Source: Amoebophrya sp. A120 (taxonomy: Eukaryota > Protista > Dinoflagellata). Taken from it: a stretch of DNA of 64,000 bases. Position 1 is the first letter of the stretch, and every line of letters begins with the position of its first letter. The translations under genes and the position numbers were made by a program. The notes under the pieces are model-generated. The model worked only from the letters and a program-made list of their open reading frames with translations. It was not told the DNA's origin and did not search any database. Of this stretch, positions 34,236 to 46,365 are shown in pieces. The DNA is taken from assembly GCA_905178155.1 (NCBI GenBank), contig CAJINV010000016.1, forward strand, positions 1,269,386 to 1,333,385, in the 5' to 3' direction.

Positions 34236-35621
34236 CTAATTGAGATTCCCCAGAAACGGCCCCCGTCCAACGAAAAAAGCGTTTGCCTCGTCGGGCCGAG
34301 CTGGCGTGCTGGATGCAGGAGATGATTGAGGTGCGGAGTCATCTTTTGGTCCGGATGTTGTTGTAGTTACTGCACACGACAGGCACCAGGCAGCATGATT
34401 GTTGCCGGCCTGTGCCTGAAAACAAGAACTACTTGAATGATCCGACGACCTGGTACTACAAGCAGACGGCGAGAGAGACGCCAGTCGTAACGCATCTGCT
34501 TTCTGAGCAAAACTGCGTAGAAGCAACGAATTGCTTTCCAGCATATCCATGCTCTTCGTTTCTACGATACTTTCCTGATCAAGATGAGCCGGTGAAACGG
34601 GAAACCGGGAGATCTTCGTTGTTCCGACGCAATAACACGGTGCTGGAGCGAGGAGGATATCATTGCTGTTGACCCAAGAACGCGGCTTCTGGTCATCTCC
34701 AGCGTACCCTCCTCCACCGACAGCGGCTCCGACCTCCATTACATTTCTTGGTTCATCTGGGAATAGATTCAGTGAAAACTTGCCAACACATGGCAACAGG
34801 CACATCGGTGCTGGAGGGCTAGAAGTCGCCGCCAGATGCAAATGACGAAGCAGATTCGATGTGGTTTCGCTTTCGCCGTCGTGCAGATTCGAAGCGTAGT
34901 CCCGCGCGCTGTTTGTCAAATTTGTCTCCCGAGAGGTTGGGGTTATATCCCTAGATGAATGATTCATCTGTAGTTCGGATCTCCTGCCGGAAAAATTCTG
35001 GCACGACCTACTAGGCCCCGCAGCCTGGCGATGGGGTTGTGCGGCCGGATCTCGATCACGAGCAGTCGGAGTAGCGGTTTTGTGTGCAGCTTCATGGACC
35101 AGGTGGTCATCATTGCTCAAATAGCCTTGATCCACTCGCAATCGCCATCCCGTGTGCGCGCGGCGGCGAAATTGGTGGGCAGCGACGAATACCAAAGGTC
35201 GTGCAGAAAGCCGTGGCCGGGCCGGTTTCGTTGCAAGTGGAAGCAGCTGCAGCGGCGTCGTGGCTGCCGCCTGTCGAAGCTCTACACCGCTTTTTGCGTT
35301 GCTCCTGGTAAAAATGAAGTCGCTGTGGCAGCTTTTTGATGCATCTCCAGCAGAGAGGACATCGTCCGGTACTGCACACTGCGGAGGCAATGCGCTACCG
35401 CTAGTGTTCTTGAATAAAAACTGAAGGTCGTATAGAAAAAACTCAAGAAACAAGTTAGTACAGATGCACACGAGAAAGAAGCACGAGACGTGCTTGCAAC
35501 GTCGATTAAAAGATGAGAGCAGCGAGAGCGACATGCTGCTGGCACTCGATCGTAAAAGAGCAATAAGAGGGACTTGAGTAGTACGTACGAAGTGTGTTGC
35601 ACTAATCCGAACGACACGCAT
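34236..35621 (-). CDS. Hypothetical protein (461-aa ORF)
   Basis: Long ORF on the locally coding strand; no recognisable motif. Confidence 0.35.
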   Translation of the reverse strand: MRVVRISATHFVRTTQVPLIALLRSSASSMSLSLLSSFNRRCKHVSCFFLVCICTNLFLEFFLYDLQFLFKNTSGSALPPQCAVPDDVLSAGDASKSCHSDFIFTRSNAKSGVELRQAAATTPLQLLPLATKPARPRLSARPLVFVAAHQFRRRAHTGWRLRVDQGYLSNDDHLVHEAAHKTATPTARDRDPAAQPHRQAAGPSRSCQNFSGRRSELQMNHSSRDITPTSRETNLTNSARDYASNLHDGESETTSNLLRHLHLAATSSPPAPMCLLPCVGKFSLNLFPDEPRNVMEVGAAVGGGGYAGDDQKPRSWVNSNDILLAPAPCYCVGTTKISRFPVSPAHLDQESIVETKSMDMLESNSLLLRSFAQKADALRLASLSPSACSTRSSDHSSSSCFQAQAGNNHAAWCLSCAVTTTTSGPKDDSAPQSSPASSTPARPDEANAFFVGRGPFLGNLN

Positions 35622-36703
35622 TCAATTTGATTTATGATTTTGAGTTCATCAAACAGAGACGACGAGGACCACGACTGACTGTAGAGGACTTTATTGAAGA
35701 TGAAATGCTGGGAGAGCAAGAGGGACCACGATCTTCTTGCTTCGACATCAAGATCCTCTCAACGCATGTGCTTTGGTTATTGGACACGTCGACCTAGATC
35801 CACCATCTTTTCTACTTTTGATCTTTCTGCTCCTTTAGTGCCTTTTCTCGTCGCAGCCACTCACAAAATAAGTCGGCCTCATCATGGCCGCATGTGATGT
35901 GTCGTCAAGACAGCTAGCTTGTATTCAGATCTCGATTCTCTGAGTACTGCGATCGACCTGCTCCTACTACAGCGGGATCATCATCGTGAAAATGAAAGTG
36001 ACCTAGCGACCTGCTGTGCGACCCGGTTCCATCGAAAACAAAGCTGAGCCTTTTGATCTTCACACGTCGAGATACGAAACAAGGAACATCATCACGCACA
36101 AGAAGTCTTTGCCGTCTTGCTTTGAGCAGCCGCAGTGCCAACTACCCACATTCTTTTTTAGAATAAAAAGTAGAAATGAGTAGAAAACAAGTTTCGTTGC
36201 GAAGAACTAACTTCTTCCAGATCTAGGAGTAGAAGTGACTTTGCGTGAGCGAAGAGCCATAGTGCGGAAAATCTAATCTACTTACAATTACATGTCTCTC
36301 CCGATGCAATGCTGTGTACCTACTGTCCCTCGATATTCTATGTGTAAGAGAGACTTAGGTGTTGAGGACCCTAGTGGTCGGAGTTCGACTTGAACTTTTG
36401 CACTACAACAGGACAGTGAGCGCCGGAAACAAGCAGTTGCAGCGAGTAGATCCATCCTAGATTGTTTCCATCCTGAATTTTGAAAGTAGACTGCGCGAGT
36501 AGTACTTCGTCCTCTTTTGAGGGGGACTACAGAGGATATAATGGTTAATGCCGATGCGCGTTGAAAAAAAGCTATACATAAAGTAAAATGAAATGCGAAA
36601 GATAGACATGGGGAAAAATACGCGAACAAAAAAATGCCTACTAATATGTTAATAGAACAATGCTACACATTGAACAACTACGAAAAGCCATCAGAACTTG
36701 TTA

Positions 36704-38103
36704 TCATGACACCTCTACTGCAACTGCCGGTGAAGCCGCTCCAGAGGCGAGCGATTCCGTCGTCTCATGTATCGTTTCCAGTCCGACGCTCGGTGAGGCG
36801 CCTTCAAACGTCGAGCTTTCCGCACCACTACCGTCGACATTCCTGTTTCTGCTGACGTCTTTTACCGGCGTTGTCGCTGATTTTGGTTCTGGCTTTGATG
36901 TTGATGTGTTGAAAGATACTGCTCCAGCAGCGGTATTTGCGTTTACCCCTGCTGACCCTTGTCCGCTGTTGCTTCCGCTGGATTCTTTCGACACCGAGGG
37001 CGAGATTATGTCTCCGTCCCTCTCCTTCTTAAACATGACTGCTTGGCTGACGGTGGATATCGCCTTCGTGGCCCAGTCGCACATTCCTCGCGCGTTCTTC
37101 TCCGCTTGCTGCTCCCGTTCCCGAATAAGTTTGTGCTCGTGGAGCGCCTCGCGGAGGGGGCCGCGCGGGTCCATGGCTTGCTGGGCTTTTACCAGCCCGT
37201 CCAGGATTTTCAGTTTCTGTAAGGCGGTTTTGATTTGCAATTTGTCAAGCAAAACTCACGTACTCGACTGAGCATATTATCCTTCGTATTGCATAGATGA
37301 CGTTGAAGATGAGTTCATCAAATCGACCTACAACAACACACGCAGCACGAATTCACTTTTCTATTCTCACGTCACAAAAAACCTAAACTCAGTACCACTT
37401 TGACGAAGTCTGCGAGTGCTTTGAAGCACAGATTTGGTGCGTGCTCCTTTTCCAACGGCGGTATCCGCAAGAACGGTTTTGGTGGGGGGTCTAGCAGGTT
37501 GTGCGCCGTCAGAAAGGCGTCCACCGCCGCCTCTAGGCGCTCTTCCGGCCCGTCTTCGTTTCGAATGATGACACGGCAAAAGCAGTCGCGTAGTGGTCGG
37601 GCCGCCGGGTTGAAGAAATCTTCGTATTTGGAAGCGAGACTCGGGTCCCGTTTTTCGTCCTCCGCGTCGCCTGATGTTCGTGGGAGTTTGTTCGCGGGCG
37701 AGGCAATTTCTACCTGCAAAGCATTGTTCTCCGTTGACGTATTGCTAGCATCTACTCTCGGTAGTCTCTCTGGGATTTCCGGAGTGGGTGCCGCGTCGAA
37801 ATCTTGCGTCAGTGGTGATTTGCTTAGGTCTTTTACCACCTCCACTCTCGGCCTGGGCGGAGCGCCCTTCTTCAGGAACACAATGGCGGAGTTCAGAAAA
37901 TCCCTTGCTGCGGGAAGCTTCTTCACCATCAGCAGCTCATCCGCCGGGTCGTGCGTCCCGAGTACGTCGCCCGCGGTCCCCGCGTCGCCACTCGCGGCGG
38001 TCAGATCGCCGGCCGATTTCGCCGAGTCGGGTCGCTTCTTCACCGCTCGGGCCTTCGGGGAGGCCGAGCGTTTCGGGCTCGCGGCCACGGCGAACTTGGG
38101 CAT
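36704..38103 (-). CDS. Hypothetical two-exon protein
   Basis: ORFs 37372-38103 and 36704-37252 have coding-like composition and can be joined by a GT-AG intron. Confidence 0.6.
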
Positions 38104-39319
38104 TTGCTTTTATGTGTTGATGAGTTCTTGTTGAATTAAGCTGCAGAAAATGGTCTTAATACTGATGTGGGGTCGATATCGATTAGGGCGTATTTGGGGG
38201 ATAATGTACAAGAGTGTCACGTTCACATGCACTATGCAGCAACATGGCTGGAGGTACTACACGACCGAGGGCTTCGATACCGTTATTGGATACGGATATT
38301 GGCAAATAAGTAATGATTGATCACCGGTGAGTGTTTAAATGGGTCCTGAAGTTGTAAACAGATGAGTTGGTGTTTGTCTTTGTACAGGCACGAGCTGCGT
38401 GAGATGCAGGCTACCGAGTGAGAATGACGACAAGAAGATTAATGTGGAAGAAGTAACGAGCGCACGACGATGCTGCTTTGCACGAGTGTAGTCCGTAGAA
38501 CCGATTGTGAGCTGGAGTTTCTCAGGTTTCATCTTGCACGACAGCAACCGATTTTACTTTTAGTGACCTGCTTGTGCTTTTGCGCCTATCACAACGGCAC
38601 ATGCTGAAACCGATTTTTTTTTCTTTTTCTTGCAGCTTGTTGGACGAGAAATTTCATTGCTTGAACGAAACCGATCACATCATCGAAAGCAGTCGACCGA
38701 CTCAAGTGAAGATAAAAGGGCACGAGAGATGAACGTATAGAGGCGCGAGGAAACAACTTACCGTGCTTATGAGACATGCATCGTCGTCGAAGACGTAGGA
38801 GCAATAGTCCACATCCTGGCGCAGAAGTCGTTTCAACATTTTGAGTACACGTTCATTTCTTTCTCATTATTTTGTTTGTCTCAATGTGAGCGTTCTTACA
38901 GCCGCACGTTTTTCTAGAATACACTGAGACGCATCTAGTACCTTGTTGCTCCTCTCGATTCATCACATTGGTGACACTGTAGCTGCGGTGCGCTCCTTTC
39001 ATCATTGTACATCACAAAACGACTCCTGACACTGAGCATGCCATTGAGTTCTTGCACTCCTGTTTTCGATGTGTTAACCAGGTATCACGTAATTCGCATT
39101 CTAATGAAACTTCGAGGCTTTGTAGCTCATCTAGCTCTCGTGTAGGTAATCATGTCTAAACAAGTCATCTTTCGCTAACTATCTGTGAGTGTATTGTCTG
39201 TGAAAAACTACATGCCAAGCAATATTGCTCGTGGGAAGTAAAACTACGCCTTCAAGCGCTATCAAAAAATTGTTGCTGCTATTCCTATTGACCGCTACCG
39301 CAGCGTCCCCCCGCCCCGT

Positions 39320-42300
39320 CTACTGCGGTCCCTCCCCGCCGCCCTGCGGGTTCGTCGATTATCCTGAGTAAAAACGTACCCACGCCAGAGTTGTAATGCA
39401 GATTTGCAAAGACTGGAAGACTTGTAACGCGCATCCCCTTGAGAGCCATTTCCAATCGTGTCTTGGAATTTGTGATGCTGTGAACAGGATCAGCAGATGA
39501 ATCTGTGATGCGGCTGCACTTGCTAACCTGCACTACACTGCATAGTGCAACTTGTCATGCGTGACTCACAAAACTCCTAGGCTTGTGTTGCAGAATCCCC
39601 ATCCTGACTCTGGTGTGGGTACGTTTTTACTCAGGATATCGATGGCCGCATGTTCAGTCCGATGGTTCTCGGCGGCAGTTGAAACCCGGAGAACCTGCTG
39701 GCCCCGGTGCCGAATTGCAGTGGTTGCGTCTGGAGCATGCCAAACTGCATCGGTCTTGCTTATATGCTCTGCAAAAGTATCACGCTCGTACTAATTGCAA
39801 TCATGCATGACAAATCTTGTTTCTTAGCCAAATTAGCATTACAAACTCCATTTCTCCTTCTGAGAAAATTTATATTGCGATTTCTACTAGGACGATGCTT
39901 TTGCAATGCATAGCAGCGATCCCAAACTGCGGCCGGCTCGGGGCAGTGGCGGTCGTCGGAGCAGTGGTGCGGATGTTCGACGACGTTGTAGTCGGGCCAG
40001 CGTTAATATTTGCTGTAGTTGTACTGCCGACGCCGGTAAACTGAGGCTGTGATGATGCTGCTGCGCCGGCACCGCCGGTGACTCCTGCTCCTGCAGCTCC
40101 GTTCCCATTCTCCGACCCGCTGATACTGGGAATCACCGCCGCACCTCTGCTCGGCACACTTGTTCCCAGCGGAACCGGGGGTGTTGCCGTGCCACTCTGG
40201 TGCGCGGGTACGATCGGTCCCCGCGGGGCCGGCAGTGGACTCGTGTCTTTCCGCTGCCCACGGGCGCTGCTCTGCCAGTAACTGCTGGTGGTGGGGTTTG
40301 TGTCTGTAGTGGTCGTCGGGGGGTTCAGCTTTTCGTTTAGCGCATTGAGGTTCGATGCGGTCAATTCCGCGTTCGGATTGATGGGCGATGCCCCGCTCAG
40401 CTGTCTTTGGACAACACTACTCGGCTCGGCTTGTCCTACTGGCGGGTTTACGATCATGCTACCCGCACCGGATGATTTACTCCCGGCTCGGTGCGGTTTC
40501 TGGAGACTGCCGGCGGCGGTGGAGGGCGGGGGTAGTGCAGAGTTGTTGTAGTTATTCATCATTGCATTTGCAGAAGTGGATGACGATGCTGCGCCGGACG
40601 TGGAAGATCTCCCTACAGCTGCTGCTGCTGCACTAGTAGTCGCTGCGAGAAGAGACGAGCTCGAGCTACTCGGCGCGGTTTGCGGAACCGTCGGACCGAC
40701 GATCATTGGGGGGGAAAGAGCAGGGGACTGGGCACCGGAGCCCGGGGTTTGCTCCGTGCCAAACTGCTCGTGAATCCAGGCAGTCCAGTTCTCCATCGGA
40801 ATTTTCTGCTCCTGATAAACGATACAATTTCAACATACACGGCGGACTTACTAATGTTGACCCATGAGCATGCCAGATTATTTTGCATTTGTCATTTTTT
40901 TCGCATGACAAGTTGTTCGTACAACAGCGAACTTTTTCAATACCAGGCAGGTCTTGTAGATGTCGGAGATCAGGGTCTTCTTAGCCTTGTCCTTGTCCGT
41001 ACACTTGAGTTTCACTGTCAAGCTATGAACTGCAAAAGTATCGCACTCGTATAAATGCATTACAAATTTCCTCAGCATGAGAGATAAAATTTGTATATGC
41101 TGATTTGCCCTGGGAACAAGATTTGTGATGCAAGACTTGCATTTATACGAGTACGATACTTTTGCACTGGATACAAACACTGCGAGTAGAACCATCTTCG
41201 CTTGTCCTCGTCCGTCTTGCAGGCGTTCATGCTGGTGGGATTTGTGTTGCAAAACTGCAAAAAGCACTAGAGAATGCGAATGTAGTTCCTCGAATGACAA
41301 ACTTCTCATCGAAAAAAAAAGAAAGCATTGAATTTCAACAATATCATGATACTCCGTCTGCAAACTTGACAGATTCGCGACGTCATTTATCGGCGGCGCC
41401 AGTCCGGTGCCGCCCCGACTCGTGGCGGTAATATCCGTTGCGGAGATTTCGGTACCGCAGTAACTCGACAACCCGACAACGGAGGTGACCTCCGACTTCG
41501 CACCGTCCGCGCGTTCGTCCTGAGAGTTGTCGTTAGAGACAGTCAGTCTGTTGCGTATTTTGGACGAGAGAAGATGTGTTTATGCGAGACAGTAACAGAA
41601 CGTGCTTGTGCCGCAGTGATGTGAATCACAGCCGACCACGTTTGTAAAAGCGTTGCTCAACATCTCCTAGTCGTACCTCATCCGCATCCTCTAGGTCATC
41701 AGCGTCTTCCGGTCGTGTTGCCAACTGCCCGGCCTCTATCTTCAATTTTCGGAGGTATTTCTCTTTTTCTCGCACGATGGTGTGGACCCTGTTTATTTGA
41801 TGGAGGAAAGACATTTTTTCGCCGTGGCTGTAGTCGCAGCTGCTGATGCACGAAATAATCACATGCAAGCAAGACAATCGAACACTTGGCCTTGTATAGC
41901 CGCCACAAACAGATGATGACAATACCGTTTCGAAATGACGTATTCCTGCGGCACCAGTGTGAGGGCGGAAGACACAATGGACGCTAAAGACACCATATCC
42001 AAGAAAAAAACACTGTAGGTGTAACTTTTTTGGAGGAACAGCATTACAAATTCGTCTGGCACGACAGCAAAAACCTGTCATGCGCAGATAGCACGTCACG
42101 AAAACGCCCTTTAGTGGGCGCTACGAAGCATGCTTAGCATGACAGACGCAATCGTCTTGCATGTTGCGCATCACAAATTTACACCAACAATGTTTTTTTC
42201 TTGGATAAACCACAGTGTGCTCCGACAAAACGCCGATGTCCACACACCCCATGGTCCACCCTTTCGCCGTATTAAATGCAAATGTGTCTGGGTCTGGAAG

Positions 42301-43846
42301 AGTGCAAACTTGTGATGCGCATTTGAGAACACAGAAAAATCTCTCATGCATAGGTAGCAAAAGGCGCCCACTTTCTGTCACCAAAATGGGGCATTTGTCA
42401 TGCGGATTCAGCATTGCGGAAGCTTCTGGAAAGCTGTGACGCTAGAGCTTCCATGCCAGACCTTCTGCGTCATGCAAAAGCTGCATGATAACTCTTCCAG
42501 ACCCAGACACTTTTGCAATCCATACGCCGTTTCTAAATGGTATTTCACCTGCGTCAAATGCCTTGTCACTCCTGCCTTCAGCTGGTTTTTCTCAATCCTC
42601 TCTTGCAGCGTCTGGGCAAAATTTGAGAGCCGGCTGTTGTAGTTCTCGACGCGCTCCACGGGAGGCTGTTTTGATGTTGGGTTTTTTTTGCATCGCACCG
42701 TGATCAGTTTCATTTATTTTGCTTTTTGGAATGGACGCATGTCATGCGCAGCAGCAGGAGCACATCCACATCAGATAATTTTGCTGGTATAATACCAACG
42801 ATTCCAAGTGCAGCGGTGTCCCACTCTTTCCCAACAACTTCGAGTTTTCCGTCTCCAACGTATTCGTGTTCAAACACAACGTCACCGTTTCCGTATTGGC
42901 GTCTGCTTTCGGCAGTGCGATCCGATTCTTCGCGACCGTACTTACAGTGCTGCCGAACGTGCTGGCTGGCGTGCCGACTGTGCTGCCGGTTAGACCACCT
43001 GTAGTCCCGAAGATGTTCTGGCTACTACCCGACAAGCCGTTTTTGGAGCTCCCCGCCGAGCTACTGGAGGCGCCGCCGGCCGCGGAAGAGCCGGTGAGAT
43101 GGGAGGTTTTTTGCACTTCGAGGCGTTTCAGGTAGAATTCCTATCCTGAGTAAAAACGTCCCCACCCCAGAGTTGTCATGCAAATCTGCATGGTAAAAAT
43201 GCTTCTCATGCGGAGCCCCATGAGAGGCATCTTTTATTAGTCGCGTTTCGCAATTTGTCATGCTCCAATTGGCATGCTGCGCTGGATCTGCGATGCTGCT
43301 CAACTAGCTAAACAGGATCACACTATGAGGCCAAACTTGTCATGCAGAACTCCCAAAACTTGGAGATTTGTGTTGCAGACTTCCCATCTGGACTATGGTG
43401 TGGGGATGCTTTTACACATGATAATTCCTTCAGTTGGTTCACGTTCACCCGTTTCTCCGCGCCGCTGGGGCGTTGCTTCTGCGCAGACTTTGCTCTCGCT
43501 TTCACCGCAGCCTGCGAGTTCAGCTGCATCTCCGCGTACCGTTTCGCCAACATCTTTGCTTGGTTGTTGATCTGGGTCGTGGATAGAAATGCACTCAGAT
43601 GTAGTTCTTGTTGATCGTAAACGAGGTAAATACGGAGGACGTTGTTCCTGCTCCGTCCCCGTACAGATCTTCGGCCGTCGCCTGGCTAAGAAAACGAAGA
43701 TGTAGATGAGGGGCAAAATAAGAACAACACAAAACATGAAGATAACAAGGCCAAGACGCTTTTTTGGAAGCAGCTCTCCGATAATGTACTCTCTGACAGA
43801 TGATGCTTTCGACTCGCCGCAGTTGCCACTGCAACGAGTGATCCAT
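39320..43846 (-). CDS. Multi-exon hypothetical protein with Ser/Thr/Pro-rich C-terminus
   Basis: Continuous frame reconstructed across six introners and several GT-AG introns (e.g. 42666-42795, 41232-41352, 40812-40943). The start codon is uncertain. Confidence 0.65.
39360..39638. mobile_element. Introner (family F3), 279 bp, uninterrupted
   Basis: TIR tatcctgagtaaaaacgtacccac; TSD tcgat; colinear with 2847-2886 plus 11849-12087. Confidence 0.93.
39763..39912. mobile_element. Introner (family F5), 150 bp
   Basis: TIR tatgctctgcaaaagtatc; TSD decayed (gctta/gcagc); frame restored. Confidence 0.82.
41024..41173. mobile_element. Introner (family F5), 150 bp
   Basis: TIR tatgaactgcaaaagtatcgcactcgtataaatgca; TSD caagc/caaac; frame restored. 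Confidence 0.88.
41996..42207. mobile_element. Introner (F2-related), 212 bp
   Basis: TIR tatccaagaaaaaaaca..gt.ggtgtaa; TSD cacca/aacca; frame restored. Confidence 0.88.
42270..42524. mobile_element. Introner (family F1), 255 bp
   Basis: TIR core gtgtctgggtctggaagagt; TSD cgccg; frame restored. Confidence 0.9.
43142..43423. mobile_element. Introner (family F3), 282 bp
   Basis: TIR tatcctgagtaaaaacgtccccac; TSD attcc; contains an empty ccagagttgtcatgc site; frame restored. Confidence 0.9.
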
Positions 43847-46365
43847 CCATTGCTGCCTCTCGCTCTCACCAGATGGACTTGTTTTACTCGAGGACAAAAA
43901 TCATCGCTGAGTCCGGCTTGATAATTTGTCTACAGCCATCCCTCACGACACTATGACGTAAGTAAGTACCAAAACCCTCGTCCCTACTGCGGGACAGAGG
44001 GTTCTGTAATCGTCATGGAGGATGTGAACAAGTACGCCGGCCACTTGTGTTTTGCCCTTTTCAAATCGTAAGCCATCAAATTAGGACAGAGGCTGCAACT
44101 CTACTTCATCAGGACAGAGCATATCGTGGCCCAGGAGCACCATGATCATGAGCCAAACTTCAGCTGCAACAGAAACACACCGCGTGGCCCTCCGCCACAT
44201 CCAGGCTCGCGCAACGAGCCTCGACACGAGGCGCGCGCGTGCTGGCGCAAATCTTGCAGAGAGACTCGCCGCAGCCGGCACGCAAGCGCCGGCCTGGCCG
44301 GGATGCCTGAGAGACGGGGCGCATTCAATCATAATCCCGCCAAGCACCGGCGGGCCACGGGCCGGGCGGGGCTCACTCCAATGGCGCGCACCACAAGCAA
44401 CCACCCGCCGAGACACTGGCGGGCGCGCGCCCGCATCTAGGCAGCGCGGCGCCCAGCTACGTGATGGGCCCCCGCGGGGCCGGCCACACCGCCCAAAGGC
44501 TCGGGGCCGGCAGGACGACCCCCCTGGCGCACAGGCATGGGGACCAGAAAAGCAGGCGCCACACATCGCGGGCGCCGCTTCTGATTGTCGCGCGCGGCGC
44601 TTCGTTGGAAGATTCCATCGGCATGGCGCGCGTCGCGTTGTGGAGAAGTGGTTCTTGGCGGCGCCGTTGCCCCATCGGCATCGGGTTCATCGAAGCGGCT
44701 TTGCGGCGCCTTCGATCTGCCCACTCCGCAAGCTGCGCCGCGACTTCTTCGCCGTGCATCCCGCAGGCGCCCACCGCAAGCAAGAAGACCTGCGAAGAAA
44801 AACAATCAACACCACACCACTACCGGCACTAATAACCACACTAATCAGACAACAACTACGAACTCGAACACTTTTTCATATATGTTATTTCCTTCTCAGC
44901 CTTAGGCTCGGTCTCGGAGGAAAAGCTTCCGCTCCGGGTAGAAGGACATTTAGAGTGAGTTAGACACGCTTATGATCTTTCTCATCTCCTCGTGATCACA
45001 TCACTTCCAAGAATTCTTCGCTCAACATCTCCGCCGAAACCACTCGAGTATCTGAAGAGAGAAGATTAGAACCACGACTGAGAGGAGAACAAATTTGATG
45101 AACGACCTCTCAACAAAAATGTAGATTTGCTTTTGCATGCGCCACCAACACGAAACACGACACCCAAGAAGGTGACTCACAATTTCGTGACCTGTCTGGT
45201 TTGTAGCGGCTGCCTCGTGGTGCAACTTTCTTTTTCGTGTGGTCAATCATGATCTCAAGGTTGCAAAAAAAAATGTCTCCTTCAGGAAGATTCAGTTGCT
45301 GATGATCATGTTGAGCATCATGCTTTTCATGGTACTACCTTGCTGCCCTGTAGAAGTCGCATGAGTGTACATTTTCTTGGAAATATCAGCGACAACTACT
45401 TCATCGACTCGTTGGGCCAATCTGCTAACATGGCCGGCCAGCTGTCGAATGAAATCATTCCTTCGGCCGCTGCCTCTATTCGGCAATAAAGACAAAAAAT
45501 GCTGCAGTTACAAGAAGGAGAAATATGTAGCTCCTAACTCATGGTACATTGCTTCTGCGTTGTTTCCGTCAAACACTAACAAAACAAAAAGCGAAGCTGT
45601 GCAATGTTTTTTTTTGCTATGAGTGACAACGACGAGCAGGCTCCTCCACTCGCTGGTCCTAGTCAATCCAAAAAAAGTGCAACGAAGTGTGTGCCAAAAA
45701 TCTGTACAAGTGAATAGTCAGTGTGAAAAACAACTGACATGTCGGTCTGCATTCGACATAAGCAATCCGCTCATGATATTCAGGAAATGGAAAAATTGAA
45801 ACCAAAATGAAAATCGACATTTCAAAATAAAGGAAAATAGTTCGAATTCATAGTCGATAAATTGCGCCTCGACGTGGCGTTCAATTCTTGTTTGTTTGTT
45901 GAGTTCTTACGCTTAGGTCTTAGGCATTATATCGATTCATATTTTTCGCTAAAATGAGAATGTTCTCTGTGGTTTTTTGTCCTGCCAAAAACGATGGTGC
46001 TGCACAGCCTGCCTTGCGGAAAGTAAAGCAGGTAAACAAAGATATTTTTAGTCGAAGAGGAGCACCCTAAGCATCGCGGTCCTTTCATCTTACAAATCGC
46101 AGCTGTGTAGTAGAAACGGTTGCTCTCAGTTGAGAATCGTGGCACAAGAATGTTGCAGCTCTCAGGTTTTTGAATGAAGATGGAAGAAGCGCTAATATCA
46201 ACATTTGATTCCGGATGCGCTTATAGAAAAACAAGAGATTGAGATTGATATAGTAGTAAGAAAAAGTCGTAGCTCAAGTAGATAAAGTGTCTACTACTTC
46301 TGCTGCTTAACTTTCTTGTTCCACCCTTCTTCATCCTTCTCTACCACGTGGTGATCCACCGACGT

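Noticed and set aside
44081-44963. 273-aa and overlapping ORFs in the GC-rich island (likewise 51388-52492)
   Set aside because: Arg/Ala/Pro-rich ORFs open in several frames are expected from high GC alone.
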